Positions 34,499 through 43,878 of a DNA stretch of 61,495 nucleotides are shown here, in pieces (position 1 is the first letter of the stretch; every line of letters starts with the position of its first letter). A program made the position numbers and the translations under genes. The notes under the pieces are model-generated. The model was not told the origin of the DNA, ran no database searches, and worked only from the letters and a program-made list of their open reading frames with translations. Source of the stretch: an uncultured Rhizobium sp. (GTDB lineage Bacteria; Pseudomonadota; Alphaproteobacteria; ATCC43930; CGMCC-115725); contig CAYMRQ010000002.1 in the NCBI GenBank assembly GCA_964392845.1, positions 1-61,495 on the forward strand, written 5' to 3'.

Positions 34499-36583
34499 TC
34501 AGCGCACCTCGTTGAGGAGGTCGGCCGATTCTGTCACCACGCGCATATCGGGAACCACGCCAGCGGTGACCAGCACTTTGCTGCCGTCGATCGACTCGAC
34601 CCGGACCGGGATCGACACGAAGCTTTCCGGATGGACGTGCTGCCAAACGATATCCTGACCCGCGGTGTTCCTCGTGACCGCCGCGCGGGGCAGGACCACC
34701 CCGGCCCGCTCGCCGCCGGTTTCGACCAGCACCGAGACGAGACTGCCCACGCTCAACCCCGCGTCGGGGTTGTCGATCTGGAAATAGAGCGGAATCGTCT
34801 GGCGCTGCAGCTGCGGTCCGCGGCTGATGAATTTGAGGTGATAGTTGCCGCCGGCCGAACCCTGCGCGTTGGCGTCGATCACCTTGCCGATCGCCGCCAC
34901 GTCATAGGCGTAGGCCTCGACCCACAGACGCTTCAGGTCGACGACCTGGAAGAGCTTTTGCTGCTCGTCGACGATCTGTCCGGCAACCGCGAAGCTGGCC
35001 GCAATGATTCCGCTGCTCGGGGCCAGCAGCGGCGCACGCAACGTGTCGCGGTCGCGCACCACCGCAGCGATCGCCTCGCGCCGGCGCGAGAGGTTTGCCA
35101 AGTCGGAGCGGGCGTCGTCGATCTCGCGCGGCGAGGCGCCGCTGTCGGCGACGCTGAGCCCGGTCACCCGCTGCTGTACGACGCCGATCTCGTGGTCGAT
35201 CTGCGCGACCTGCTGCAGAATGATGCCGCGATCGATCGGATTGACCACCGGCACCACCCAGGCCAGCACCTCGCCCGCCTCGACTTTCTGGCCCACCTTG
35301 GGCCAGGCGCCCTCGAACGGCTGCAGCCGGCCGCGGATTGTCGCATGGATCTCACCGCTGGTGCCCGGGTCGGGGATCACTTGGCCGACCATCCGCAGGG
35401 TACGGCCGACCTGGCTGGTGCGCGCGATGGTGGTCCGCAGATTGAGCAACCGCTGCGTGTCCTTCGGCACGAACAGGCTGCCATCCAACAGACGGCGGGG
35501 ACCGCTGGTGCCCTCGCCGCCGCTCGCGGCGGTCTGCGCCGCAGCCTGGCCCTCGTCGGGACCCTCATGAGCCAACACGCCGCGGCCGAACAGCAGCAGA
35601 GCGATCGCCACCAGCGTCACCACACAGATGACCGCGACCGTGGACGCTTCGACCCGTCCGCGGGGAAGCCATACCCGTACCGGCGCCGTGGCGGCGACAG
35701 CGCGCCGCTGAGGCTGGTCGTCGCTGTCCCCGGAGCCGTCCGCGCGCCGGGGGCGTACCGCCCTGGCCGGGATCAACACGGCCTGGTCGAAGCGATCCCG
35801 CAGCGATTTCAGCCCGGTCGCCAAGTCGAGGCCACGCAGGCTTGACGGCATGCGACGCGTCTGAAAATCGGGCAAAGCGGCGCCCGCGATCAATCGGGCT
35901 CTCGCGACGGATACCCCTTGCCGCAGCCGGGCCTTAACGCCGCCGAACCTGCCATTGGCTGCGCCGAGGATGCGCTGGCCGCTGCCGCGCACCCGGCCGG
36001 CGGCGGCGCGCACGGTTGCGGCAAGGGACGACCACCGAAACAACGCCGAACTCACCACCATGCCGAGCAGGAACGCGAAAATGTTGTCGATCGACGGAGC
36101 CGGCAGCCCACCGCCATTGGCCGAATGGCTTCCCGCCGCAGGCGCGGACGGCACTTCGAGAGTGCCAGCGAGCAGATCCGAACCCTGGTCCGACAGGATC
36201 GTGAAGACGATTTCGTGACGGCCCGCCTGCGCCACCCAATCCGCGGTCAAGGTGTAGACGCCGCTCGGATCCGCGGTCGCTTGCACGGCCTGGCCATCGA
36301 CCTCGACCTCGATCTTTGCCCCGAGCACCGGCTGATTATCGGCGAAGCGGTCGAGGTAGATGCTGAGCGTCCTGCCGCGGGCTATGCCGACCAGTTCGAA
36401 ATCGTCGCTGCGGGCGGCGACCCGCGGGCCGAGCGAGACGCCGCCGGACATTGTCGGCGCGTCGGCGTGCGCGTCCTCGCCATCGCCATGCGCCGATGCG
36501 GGCTGCGGCATGTTGCCGAGGCACAACCCGACAACCAGCGCCAACAGCACGAGGAGCCCTCTGAAACCTTCGGTGCTCAGCAT
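34499..36583 (-). CDS. RND periplasmic adaptor (MFP/HlyD-like) with a ~330-aa N-terminal extension
   Basis: The C-terminal ~350 aa contain barrel-sandwich/lipoyl and beta-barrel motifs (GEVLAWVVPV...LRAPLLAPSSGIIAA...LWVEAYAYD). The N-terminus has a signal peptide, a His/Asp-rich start (SAHGDGEDAHADAP), an Ig-like segment and extra TM segments. The stop is 7 nt before the pump start. Confidence 0.8.
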   Translation of the reverse strand: MLSTEGFRGLLVLLALVVGLCLGNMPQPASAHGDGEDAHADAPTMSGGVSLGPRVAARSDDFELVGIARGRTLSIYLDRFADNQPVLGAKIEVEVDGQAVQATADPSGVYTLTADWVAQAGRHEIVFTILSDQGSDLLAGTLEVPSAPAAGSHSANGGGLPAPSIDNIFAFLLGMVVSSALFRWSSLAATVRAAAGRVRGSGQRILGAANGRFGGVKARLRQGVSVARARLIAGAALPDFQTRRMPSSLRGLDLATGLKSLRDRFDQAVLIPARAVRPRRADGSGDSDDQPQRRAVAATAPVRVWLPRGRVEASTVAVICVVTLVAIALLLFGRGVLAHEGPDEGQAAAQTAASGGEGTSGPRRLLDGSLFVPKDTQRLLNLRTTIARTSQVGRTLRMVGQVIPDPGTSGEIHATIRGRLQPFEGAWPKVGQKVEAGEVLAWVVPVVNPIDRGIILQQVAQIDHEIGVVQQRVTGLSVADSGASPREIDDARSDLANLSRRREAIAAVVRDRDTLRAPLLAPSSGIIAASFAVAGQIVDEQQKLFQVVDLKRLWVEAYAYDVAAIGKVIDANAQGSAGGNYHLKFISRGPQLQRQTIPLYFQIDNPDAGLSVGSLVSVLVETGGERAGVVLPRAAVTRNTAGQDIVWQHVHPESFVSIPVRVESIDGSKVLVTAGVVPDMRVVTESADLLNEVR

Positions 36584-36871
36584 AACGCTCCGCTCCCCCC
36601 GCCAACCTTCCCCGATCGAGCTGGATGCTCGACGGTTGTGGCGGATGTCAGCACGGCTGGCAATCGCAAAACGCTATGGTAGGCAGCCCCTATATTATTG
36701 TCACGCGCGTGTAGGGAGACAAGCTATCGCAAATTCTCTCCGAATGCTTATATCGCCGGGCATATCGCGCTTCTCCTCATCGGGGAGAAGCGAAGCGCGG
36801 AGGAAGAACGCGCTCGCGAGATCGGGCAAGGCCCGCTCTCGCGCCTTGCGGGCGGCGTCGGCGCAATACCA

Positions 36872-38272
36872 TCAGAACAGGAGGGTGGTCCTGAGGCCGA
36901 GCACCAGCGCATTGCCGATGGTGCCGGTGCCGGTCGGGTTCGCCACGTTGCCGCCGGGATGGATCACGTATTGCAGATCGGGCTGAACCGTCCACCCCGC
37001 AGCGATGCTGGCGCTGTAGCTCAGCTCGAGGACGGCTTCGAGGTCGCGCACCGCGGTGGGCGGACCCGCGGCGCGGTCGGCGCGCGCGGCAGCATCACTG
37101 ATCTTGCCGTAGGCAAAGCCGAGCGTCAGCACATCATCGGGCCGGTCGGCAAGCGGTGCCTTGAGGCCGATCCCGCCATCGACGTACCAGGACACGAGAT
37201 TGCGATCGGACGGAACCCCGCCCGCACGGACGAACACATTCAGACTTTGATCCTCGTTGCCGGGCCGGCGCCACACCATCTGGTCCGCGATCCCGTATAT
37301 GCCCCAGTCGCCGGAACGATCGAGGACGCCGGTAAACTGGTTCAAGAAGGTCCCCGTCTCGCGCCAGCCGGCAAGCTTGTAGGTACCGGGCAATCCTGTC
37401 GCCGTCTTCTCCGAATTCAGGGCATATTGCGCCTCGCCTAGCCACAGGGTGCCCCCGCTGAAGCTGAAGGTCGTGCCATTCCGGTTACAAAGTTGCGGAT
37501 TGCCGAAGCAGCCCTGACCGCCCGGATTGCCGCTGAACACGGCAGCGTGCAACGTCACGTCGGACGCGGGCTTTACCTGAACGCGAACACCGGGAGTCGG
37601 CAGCGGATAGGCCGGGCCGCCGGCCGTCATGTTGGCCGAGGTGATCAGCGGAAAGCCGAACGTGCTGTTGATCAGATTGCTGGCGGTATCACTGATCGCG
37701 AATTCGTCATCCGCCGCGAGCTGGCCGACGCGGATCGAGAGCCGATCGTCGAAGAGGCTTTGGTCAAGCCAGAGCTTGTAAAGCCGCACTGCCGGGAGCG
37801 CCTCGATGCCACTCGCCACCATCAAATTGCCGCCGAGCAGATTGCGCGACGCGCCGCGACCGTGCACGTCGATCGCATTGACGTGCGCCCTGGCACCCGA
37901 CCAGCCGGCGAGCTTGTCGAGATCGACGTGGAGCGAAACACCGACCTGCCCCTCATAGACGAAACCCCGCCTAACGCCGCCCGAAACCACCCCCAGCGTT
38001 TCGCCGATATAGCTGACGCCGAGTTTGATCCCGGTGGCAGCCAACCCCGTGCGCAGACCGCCCAAGTCGCCGCCGAGCAGCTTTGGCTCGGTTGGCTGGT
38101 CGGGCTCGGCAGCCTGGCTGGGCTCGTCCGCCCGGCCGGGCTCGGTAGACTGGCTGGGTTCGGCAGCCTGGCTGGGGTCGACGGATTCGGCCGCCAGCGC
38201 GGCGGTGCTTAGAAAAATCAGCGCAGCCGCCGGCAGAGTGCTCAGGCCCCATCGCATTGTCGCGAATACCAC
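36872..38272 (-). CDS. OprB-family (carbohydrate-selective-type) porin with a Pro/Glu/Ser/Gln-rich N-terminal linker
   Basis: GIKLGVSYIGETLGVVSGG...LYKLWLDQSLFDDRLSIRVGQLAADDEF, ending in the aromatic residue F typical of beta-barrel proteins. A signal peptide is present. Confidence 0.8.
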   Translation of the reverse strand: MVFATMRWGLSTLPAAALIFLSTAALAAESVDPSQAAEPSQSTEPGRADEPSQAAEPDQPTEPKLLGGDLGGLRTGLAATGIKLGVSYIGETLGVVSGGVRRGFVYEGQVGVSLHVDLDKLAGWSGARAHVNAIDVHGRGASRNLLGGNLMVASGIEALPAVRLYKLWLDQSLFDDRLSIRVGQLAADDEFAISDTASNLINSTFGFPLITSANMTAGGPAYPLPTPGVRVQVKPASDVTLHAAVFSGNPGGQGCFGNPQLCNRNGTTFSFSGGTLWLGEAQYALNSEKTATGLPGTYKLAGWRETGTFLNQFTGVLDRSGDWGIYGIADQMVWRRPGNEDQSLNVFVRAGGVPSDRNLVSWYVDGGIGLKAPLADRPDDVLTLGFAYGKISDAAARADRAAGPPTAVRDLEAVLELSYSASIAAGWTVQPDLQYVIHPGGNVANPTGTGTIGNALVLGLRTTLLF

Positions 38273-38306
38273 GTCCTTTCTCCCTCTTCCGGAACCTGCG
38301 GTGATC

Positions 38307-41300
38307 CTAATACGCTTCCGAGCTGCGGCCGATCCAATGCGCCTGCAGCCGCGCCAGCGGCTTTGCGCCGAGCTTGAGAAAGAGGACCGGCGTCAGCACC
38401 GCGTCGAGCAGGGTGGCGCTGATCAGACCGCCGAAGATGACCACCGCCACCGGCGCCAGAACCTCCTTACCGGCGCCGGCGCTGCCCACCATGATCGGGA
38501 TCAGGGCAAGACCGGCACACAGCGCGGTCATCAGCACCGGCGTCATACGCTCCAGGCTGCCGCGCAAGATCATCTCGCGCCCGAAGGTCTCGCCTTCGTG
38601 GAGCACTAGATTGATGTAATGGCTGATCTTGAGGATGCCGTTGCGCGTGCTGATGCCCGCCAAGGTGATGAACCCGATCGCGCTGGCAAGCGACAGCGTG
38701 CCGCCGGTGATCCGCAGAGCAATGACGCTGCCGACCAGCGCCAATGGCACATTGGCCATGATGATCAGGGTCAGCACCGTTGAATTGTAACGAGAGTAGA
38801 GGATCGCAAAGATCAGCGTAAGCGACCCCAGCGACAACACGCCGATCTGCATCATCGCCGCCTTTTGCGCCTTGTAATCGCCTTCGATGCTGAAGAAGTA
38901 CCCGGGCGGCAGGTTGAGGCGGACGATCTCCTGCGCGATGCTCGCGGTGATCGCCGCCATATCCGACCCATCGGTATTGGCGAGAATGGCGATGCGGCGC
39001 TGGGCATTATCGCGAACGATCTCATTGGGCCCGTCGGTGTCGGTAAGCTCGGCAAGCTGGTGCAGCGGAATCCGTCCTGCCGGCGTGTCGATCAGCAGGC
39101 TCCGCAATCCGGTGGTGGTGCGATCGACATCATTGAGGCGGATGACCACGTCGTACCGTCGGCTTGCTTCGACGACCTCCGAGACCACCCGCCCCGCGGA
39201 CAGGGTTTCGAGCGTCCGCGTCAGCGCCGCCGGTGTGATGCCATAGAGCCGCGCCGCGTCCGAGTTGATCCGGATGCGCAGCTGGGGGATGCGGGCCTGG
39301 GTCTCCAGTCTCAGATCGGTAAGCCCGCCGACATTCGCCAAACGGCCGCGGAGCTGGTCGGCGAGCTTTACCAGGTTATCGAGATCCGGGCCGAACAGCT
39401 TGACCGCAAGCTGTGCGGGGAACCCCTCCATGATGGATTCGATCCGGTCGGTGATCGGCGCGGTGATATTGACCACCGCCGGCAGCACGCTGACACGCTT
39501 GCGGATATCCGCGATGATTTCGGAGCGTGGCCGCTGCGACGGCCCGACGCGAACGACGATCTCGAAGTGGTGGATCGGATCGGCATCGAGATCGCGCTCG
39601 GCCCGCCCGGTCCGATGACCGACGACCTTCACCTCCGGTATCTCCAGGATCAGCTTCTCGTTCGTCATCGCCAGCTCGTTCGATTGCGCCAGCGACATCC
39701 CGGGAAGGTAGGTGAACTGCACCAGGTAGGTCCCTTCGTTCAGCGGCGGCAGGGCGGCGCGCGGCAAGTACATAAGGTCGGCAGAAGCGAGGGACACTGC
39801 CGCCACGGCAACCCCGGCGACGGTTTTCCAATGATCGAAGCCCCAAGCCAGGAGCCGCGCGTTCTGCCGCTTGAGCAACCTCACGAGGCCAGCATCGCGA
39901 TGCGCCATGCGCTTCATGCGGGGCAGCAGGTAGTAGGCGAGCACCGGCGTCACGGTGATCGACGTGAACAGGCTCGCAACGATCGAAACGATGTAGGCGG
40001 TCGCCAGCGGCTTGAACATCAGCCCTTCAAAACCCGGCAGGGCGAAGAGCGGGAAAAGCACCAGCAGCACGATCACGGTCGCATAAAAGATCGCCGACCG
40101 CACTTCCACCGTGGCGTCGGAGATGACCTGGAGCGCGGGAAGCGGGTCGCCGAGCTGGCGGTTGAGGCGCAGCCGGCGAAAGATATTCTCGACCCCGACC
40201 ACGGCATCGTCGACCAGCTCGCCAATGGCGATGGCCAGCCCTCCCAAGGTCATCGTGTTGATCGTCTGGTGCAACAGCTTGAAGACCAGGACGGTGATCA
40301 GCAGCGAGATCGGCAGCGCCATCAGCGAGATGATCGTCGTCCGCGCGTTGAGCAGAAAGGCCGAGAGGACGACGATGACGATGACCGCCGCCATGATGAT
40401 CACGTCGGTGAGATTGGCAATCGACTCCTTGATGTACTCGGCCTGCTCGAAGAAGATGTTGTCGGCATGAACCCCGGGCGGCAGGAAGGGCCGCAGATCG
40501 AGCAGCGCCTTCTTGACGTCGCGCGTCAGCTCCAGCGTATTAACCCCGGGCTGCCGCAGGACATTCATGCCGACGGCCAGCTGGCCCATGAACCCGGCAT
40601 CGCCCTGCTTGACGCGGGGGGCGTAGCTTACGGTCGCCACCTCACGCAGCGAAATCGGCCGTCCGTGCGCGTTGCCGACCACCACATCGCGCGCGCCCTC
40701 GAGCAAAGCCTCGCTGTTTTGCGCGCGGCCGAGATTGACGATTTGAAACCGCCTTCCGTACTGGTCGACCGACCCGCCGCCGGTGCTGGTGTTGTACGCG
40801 GCAAGGGCCCGTTCGATCTGGTCGACGCCGATACCGTAGAAATCCAGCCGGCGCGGATCCGGGGTCACGCGCAGCTGGCGGACCTCGCCGCCATACACAA
40901 AGACCTGGGAGACGCCCGGGATCGCCAGCAGGCGAGGCCGGATCAGCCAATCGGTGACATCGCGCAGCGCCATCATGTCGCCATCGTCGGTGGTCAACCC
41001 GATGCGCAGGATCTCGCCGATCACCGACGCCAGCGGCCCCAGCTCGGGTCTCACGTTTGCCGGCAGTTGGGAACGCACCTGGGCGAGCCGCTCCACGACC
41101 ATCTGCCGGGCCCGGAAGATATCGGTGTTCATCACGAAGGCCACCGATACGATCGACAGGCCGGTGCCCGATTTCGAGCGCACCTTTTCAACGCCTTTGA
41201 CCCCCATCATCGCCGTCTCGAGCGGGAAGCTGATGCGCCTTTCAACCTCCTCCGGCGAGAGGCCAGCACTCTCGGTGACGATCCACACGACGGATCGGTC

Positions 41301-41426
41301 GATTTCCGGCAGCGCGTCTACCGGCATATGCCGCAATTGGATCGCGCCGACGACGATCAACACGGCGGCGCCGCATAAGACGAATATCCGATGGATCAGG
41401 CTCTGCCGGATCAGATACGCGAACAT
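38307..41426 (-). CDS. CusA/CzcA-family (HME-like) RND efflux permease, paralog 2
   Basis: 1039 aa. By eye it is roughly 60-65% identical to 31370-34492 over the N-terminal 240 aa. The TM4 motif is the same (GGLAIAIGELVDDAVVGVEN). Confidence 0.9.
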   Translation of the reverse strand: MFAYLIRQSLIHRIFVLCGAAVLIVVGAIQLRHMPVDALPEIDRSVVWIVTESAGLSPEEVERRISFPLETAMMGVKGVEKVRSKSGTGLSIVSVAFVMNTDIFRARQMVVERLAQVRSQLPANVRPELGPLASVIGEILRIGLTTDDGDMMALRDVTDWLIRPRLLAIPGVSQVFVYGGEVRQLRVTPDPRRLDFYGIGVDQIERALAAYNTSTGGGSVDQYGRRFQIVNLGRAQNSEALLEGARDVVVGNAHGRPISLREVATVSYAPRVKQGDAGFMGQLAVGMNVLRQPGVNTLELTRDVKKALLDLRPFLPPGVHADNIFFEQAEYIKESIANLTDVIIMAAVIVIVVLSAFLLNARTTIISLMALPISLLITVLVFKLLHQTINTMTLGGLAIAIGELVDDAVVGVENIFRRLRLNRQLGDPLPALQVISDATVEVRSAIFYATVIVLLVLFPLFALPGFEGLMFKPLATAYIVSIVASLFTSITVTPVLAYYLLPRMKRMAHRDAGLVRLLKRQNARLLAWGFDHWKTVAGVAVAAVSLASADLMYLPRAALPPLNEGTYLVQFTYLPGMSLAQSNELAMTNEKLILEIPEVKVVGHRTGRAERDLDADPIHHFEIVVRVGPSQRPRSEIIADIRKRVSVLPAVVNITAPITDRIESIMEGFPAQLAVKLFGPDLDNLVKLADQLRGRLANVGGLTDLRLETQARIPQLRIRINSDAARLYGITPAALTRTLETLSAGRVVSEVVEASRRYDVVIRLNDVDRTTTGLRSLLIDTPAGRIPLHQLAELTDTDGPNEIVRDNAQRRIAILANTDGSDMAAITASIAQEIVRLNLPPGYFFSIEGDYKAQKAAMMQIGVLSLGSLTLIFAILYSRYNSTVLTLIIMANVPLALVGSVIALRITGGTLSLASAIGFITLAGISTRNGILKISHYINLVLHEGETFGREMILRGSLERMTPVLMTALCAGLALIPIMVGSAGAGKEVLAPVAVVIFGGLISATLLDAVLTPVLFLKLGAKPLARLQAHWIGRSSEAY

Positions 41427-42275
41427 CGTTGGTCAGCGCGGCTCGGCCGCCGCATCTCCCGGCGCGGATGGCGCCCCGCCGACAGCCGCGAACCCGCCGC
41501 GTTCCGACCGCAGCACCACGTCGAAGGATGCAGCAATTGGCGCCACCGCGATCGGGCACTGCGGCCAAGCCGGAGTTCGCGCACACGCCTTTGGAGGCGC
41601 CCGAAGAGTGGCCCCTCGCGCCAACGCGGTACCTCCCCCAATCACTGGATCGCGAGCGCTCAAACCGAGTATCCGGGCGCCGAACGGCATCGAGCCCTCA
41701 CATGCTGCCGACGATAACCCAATGATAAACCCCCAGCAAGTTGTCGTGGCCACGGATGGCAGGGGGGCCGCCCGCCGCCGGTATCCTTGCCGCGCCACAA
41801 GATTTCGCTCGAGGCGTTGATCAGGCCAGGAGGTGACCAGGCTCCGTTTTTGAGTGGACTCATGTCCGCGCCCCTCCTAGGTTTCCGATGACCGCTCGCT
41901 GATCGAGGAGGCCAACGCGGTCTGCCGAGCAGCGGGCTTGTCGCCGGGCCGATCAATCTCGAAAAGACCCAGAGCGATCCCATGCCGAGAGTGCAGCGCC
42001 ATGCCGGCATTGGGCGGCGGACTGGTGAAACTAGCCCGCCGCGTGGTCCGATCCTGCCGGTCCGGTTCGGCTCGCGACACCATTGGCCCAGACCGGCGAT
42101 GGTCCGCCGCCGATATGGGGTAAGTCCAACGATCGCTTCGGCGTAGGGCGCCGTCCGCCTGGAAGACAACGGGCCGGCGAGTTGCATGAGGCTGTACATT
42201 CGCGGGAGTAACCTGGTGGCAACCAGCATCAAGAAGGTGCGTGTCGGTCCGGTCAGTCTGCTTCACGCCAGCCGG

Positions 42276-43424
42276 ATGGCGACTGCAGGCGTCGGTCCCG
42301 CGCTGCTCTGCGCGCTGATCATCATCGCTGTCGGCTGGGCCGGAACGGCATCGGCGCATCAGATGAACCTGTCCAACGCCCGCATTGCGGTGGCGCCCGA
42401 TCGCTCGGTCACCGTCGAGGTCGCGATGAAGGGCAACGACGTGGATCGCATCGTCGGGACCAAGATTTTTGACGACAGCAGCGGGCTCGTCCGCCCGGAA
42501 GCGGTCGCCGCGTCGGCGCCATCGATCGCGAGCTATATGACCGGGCATGCGATGGTGCTGGGCAAGGACGGGACGCTCTGCCGCCCGGGCGTGCCCGGGG
42601 TAACGCCGGACGAGGACGGCGTCATCGTCCGCGTGAAGTGGGATTGCGCCGGCGTCGAGGATCCCCTCGTCTACCGCTCCACGGTGCTGACGGACACCTA
42701 CCCGGAGGCGCGCCAGGTCGTGCTGATCGGCACTGGCGACGCGCAATCGCAGAACCTGCTCGATGCCGTGCGAACCGACCTCCCGCTGACCGGGGACGCT
42801 GCCGAGATGGGGCTATTCGCGGTCATCCTCAGGTATGTCGGCGCCGGGATGGAGCACATCTTCATCGGCTACGACCACATCGCCTTTCTGATTGCGATCA
42901 TGCTCTGGGCGCGTCGCTTGCTGCCGGTCGTCAAGATCGTCACCGCCTTCACGATCGCGCACTCCATAACGCTGTCGCTGGCCGCCACCGAAACCCTGAT
43001 GATTCCCAGTTCGATCGTCGAGCCGGCGATCGCCGCGTCGATCGTCTATGTCGCGCTTGAGAACTTCTTTTCGCGCGAGATCGACAAACGCTGGCGCATC
43101 ACCTTCCTCTTCGGTTTCATCCACGGCTTCGGCTTCGCGAGCGCGCTCCGGGAATTCGGCCTGCCCACCGGCGCACTCGTTCCGGCATTGGCGTCGTTCA
43201 ACATCGGGGTGGAGATCGGGCAGATCGCGATCGTGTCGATCGCTTTGCCCGTGCTGCTGGTGGTCGATCGATTGGTCGCCTCGCGTGGTTGGATAGCACG
43301 CGGCGTCCGAGCGCCGCAGGCGGTTTACGCCCTCTCCGGCGTGATCTGCCTCCTCGGCGCCTACTGGTTCCTGGTCCGCACCATTCTACCCGAGCCGGCA
43401 TGGGCGCAGATTCTCGGCCAATGA
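42276..43424 (+). CDS. HupE/UreJ family (type 2) membrane protein with a periplasmic N-terminal domain
   Basis: Signal ...GWAGTASAH. The C-terminal half has GMEHIFIGYDHIAFLIAIML...AFTIAHSITLSLA...FGFIHGFGFASAL...FNIGVEIGQI. Start chosen at MATAGV (ATG 42276). Confidence 0.8.
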   Translation: MATAGVGPALLCALIIIAVGWAGTASAHQMNLSNARIAVAPDRSVTVEVAMKGNDVDRIVGTKIFDDSSGLVRPEAVAASAPSIASYMTGHAMVLGKDGTLCRPGVPGVTPDEDGVIVRVKWDCAGVEDPLVYRSTVLTDTYPEARQVVLIGTGDAQSQNLLDAVRTDLPLTGDAAEMGLFAVILRYVGAGMEHIFIGYDHIAFLIAIMLWARRLLPVVKIVTAFTIAHSITLSLAATETLMIPSSIVEPAIAASIVYVALENFFSREIDKRWRITFLFGFIHGFGFASALREFGLPTGALVPALASFNIGVEIGQIAIVSIALPVLLVVDRLVASRGWIARGVRAPQAVYALSGVICLLGAYWFLVRTILPEPAWAQILGQ

Positions 43425-43488
43425 TGCCGATGGTAAGCTGTCGGCGCCGCCGGGCCGCCGCAGCGCCCCTCACAGACCCGCGGTGGGC

Positions 43489-43872
43489 TCAAATCGCCCA
43501 GCGACCCACGGCGGCGGGTTTGCCTGGGAACTCGATCACGACAACGATGCGCGAGCCTGGCCCCGCAGTCACCCCGATTTTGCCCGTCATCATGTTGCCG
43601 TCGCCGTCGGATGTGCCCGGCTCCAACACGATTGTCGCCTTCTCCTGACCCACGAGCACCGTTGCTCTGCCCTTGGCCTCCTTGGTGCCGACAGGGGCGT
43701 CGCCTTTCTGCTCGAAGAGGAAGACCTGCAGCTGGGTTTCCTTGACGACCAGCTCCATGTAGTAATCCCCCGCATCGGTCGTCGGGCCGCCATGCGGCCC
43801 CGGGCCCTCATGCGCGAAGACCGTTGCGGGCCATGCCAGCAACAGGCAGGCGGCCAGGATCCTGCCAAGCAT
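43489..43872 (-). CDS. Small periplasmic His-rich protein (possible metal-binding/chaperone-like)
   Basis: Signal MLGRILAACLLLAWPATVFA is followed by HEGPGPHGG and a beta-rich body. The pattern resembles the N-terminal module of the adaptor at 34499-36583. Confidence 0.6.
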   Translation of the reverse strand: MLGRILAACLLLAWPATVFAHEGPGPHGGPTTDAGDYYMELVVKETQLQVFLFEQKGDAPVGTKEAKGRATVLVGQEKATIVLEPGTSDGDGNMMTGKIGVTAGPGSRIVVVIEFPGKPAAVGRWAI

Positions 43873-43878
43873 CGAGCA

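Noticed and set aside
38865-41378. 837-aa plus-strand ORF
   Set aside because: It lies entirely antisense to the well-supported RND pump gene at 38307-41426. The product is Arg/Asp/Gly/His-rich with no TM or motif structure. This is a typical shadow ORF in high-GC DNA.
41433-41798. 121-aa ORF ending 7 nt before pump 2, considered as its membrane-fusion adaptor
   Set aside because: It is too short and has no lipoyl or beta-barrel MFP motifs. Third-position GC is only moderate over most of its length. It is reported as a finding (possible decayed adaptor) rather than as a gene.
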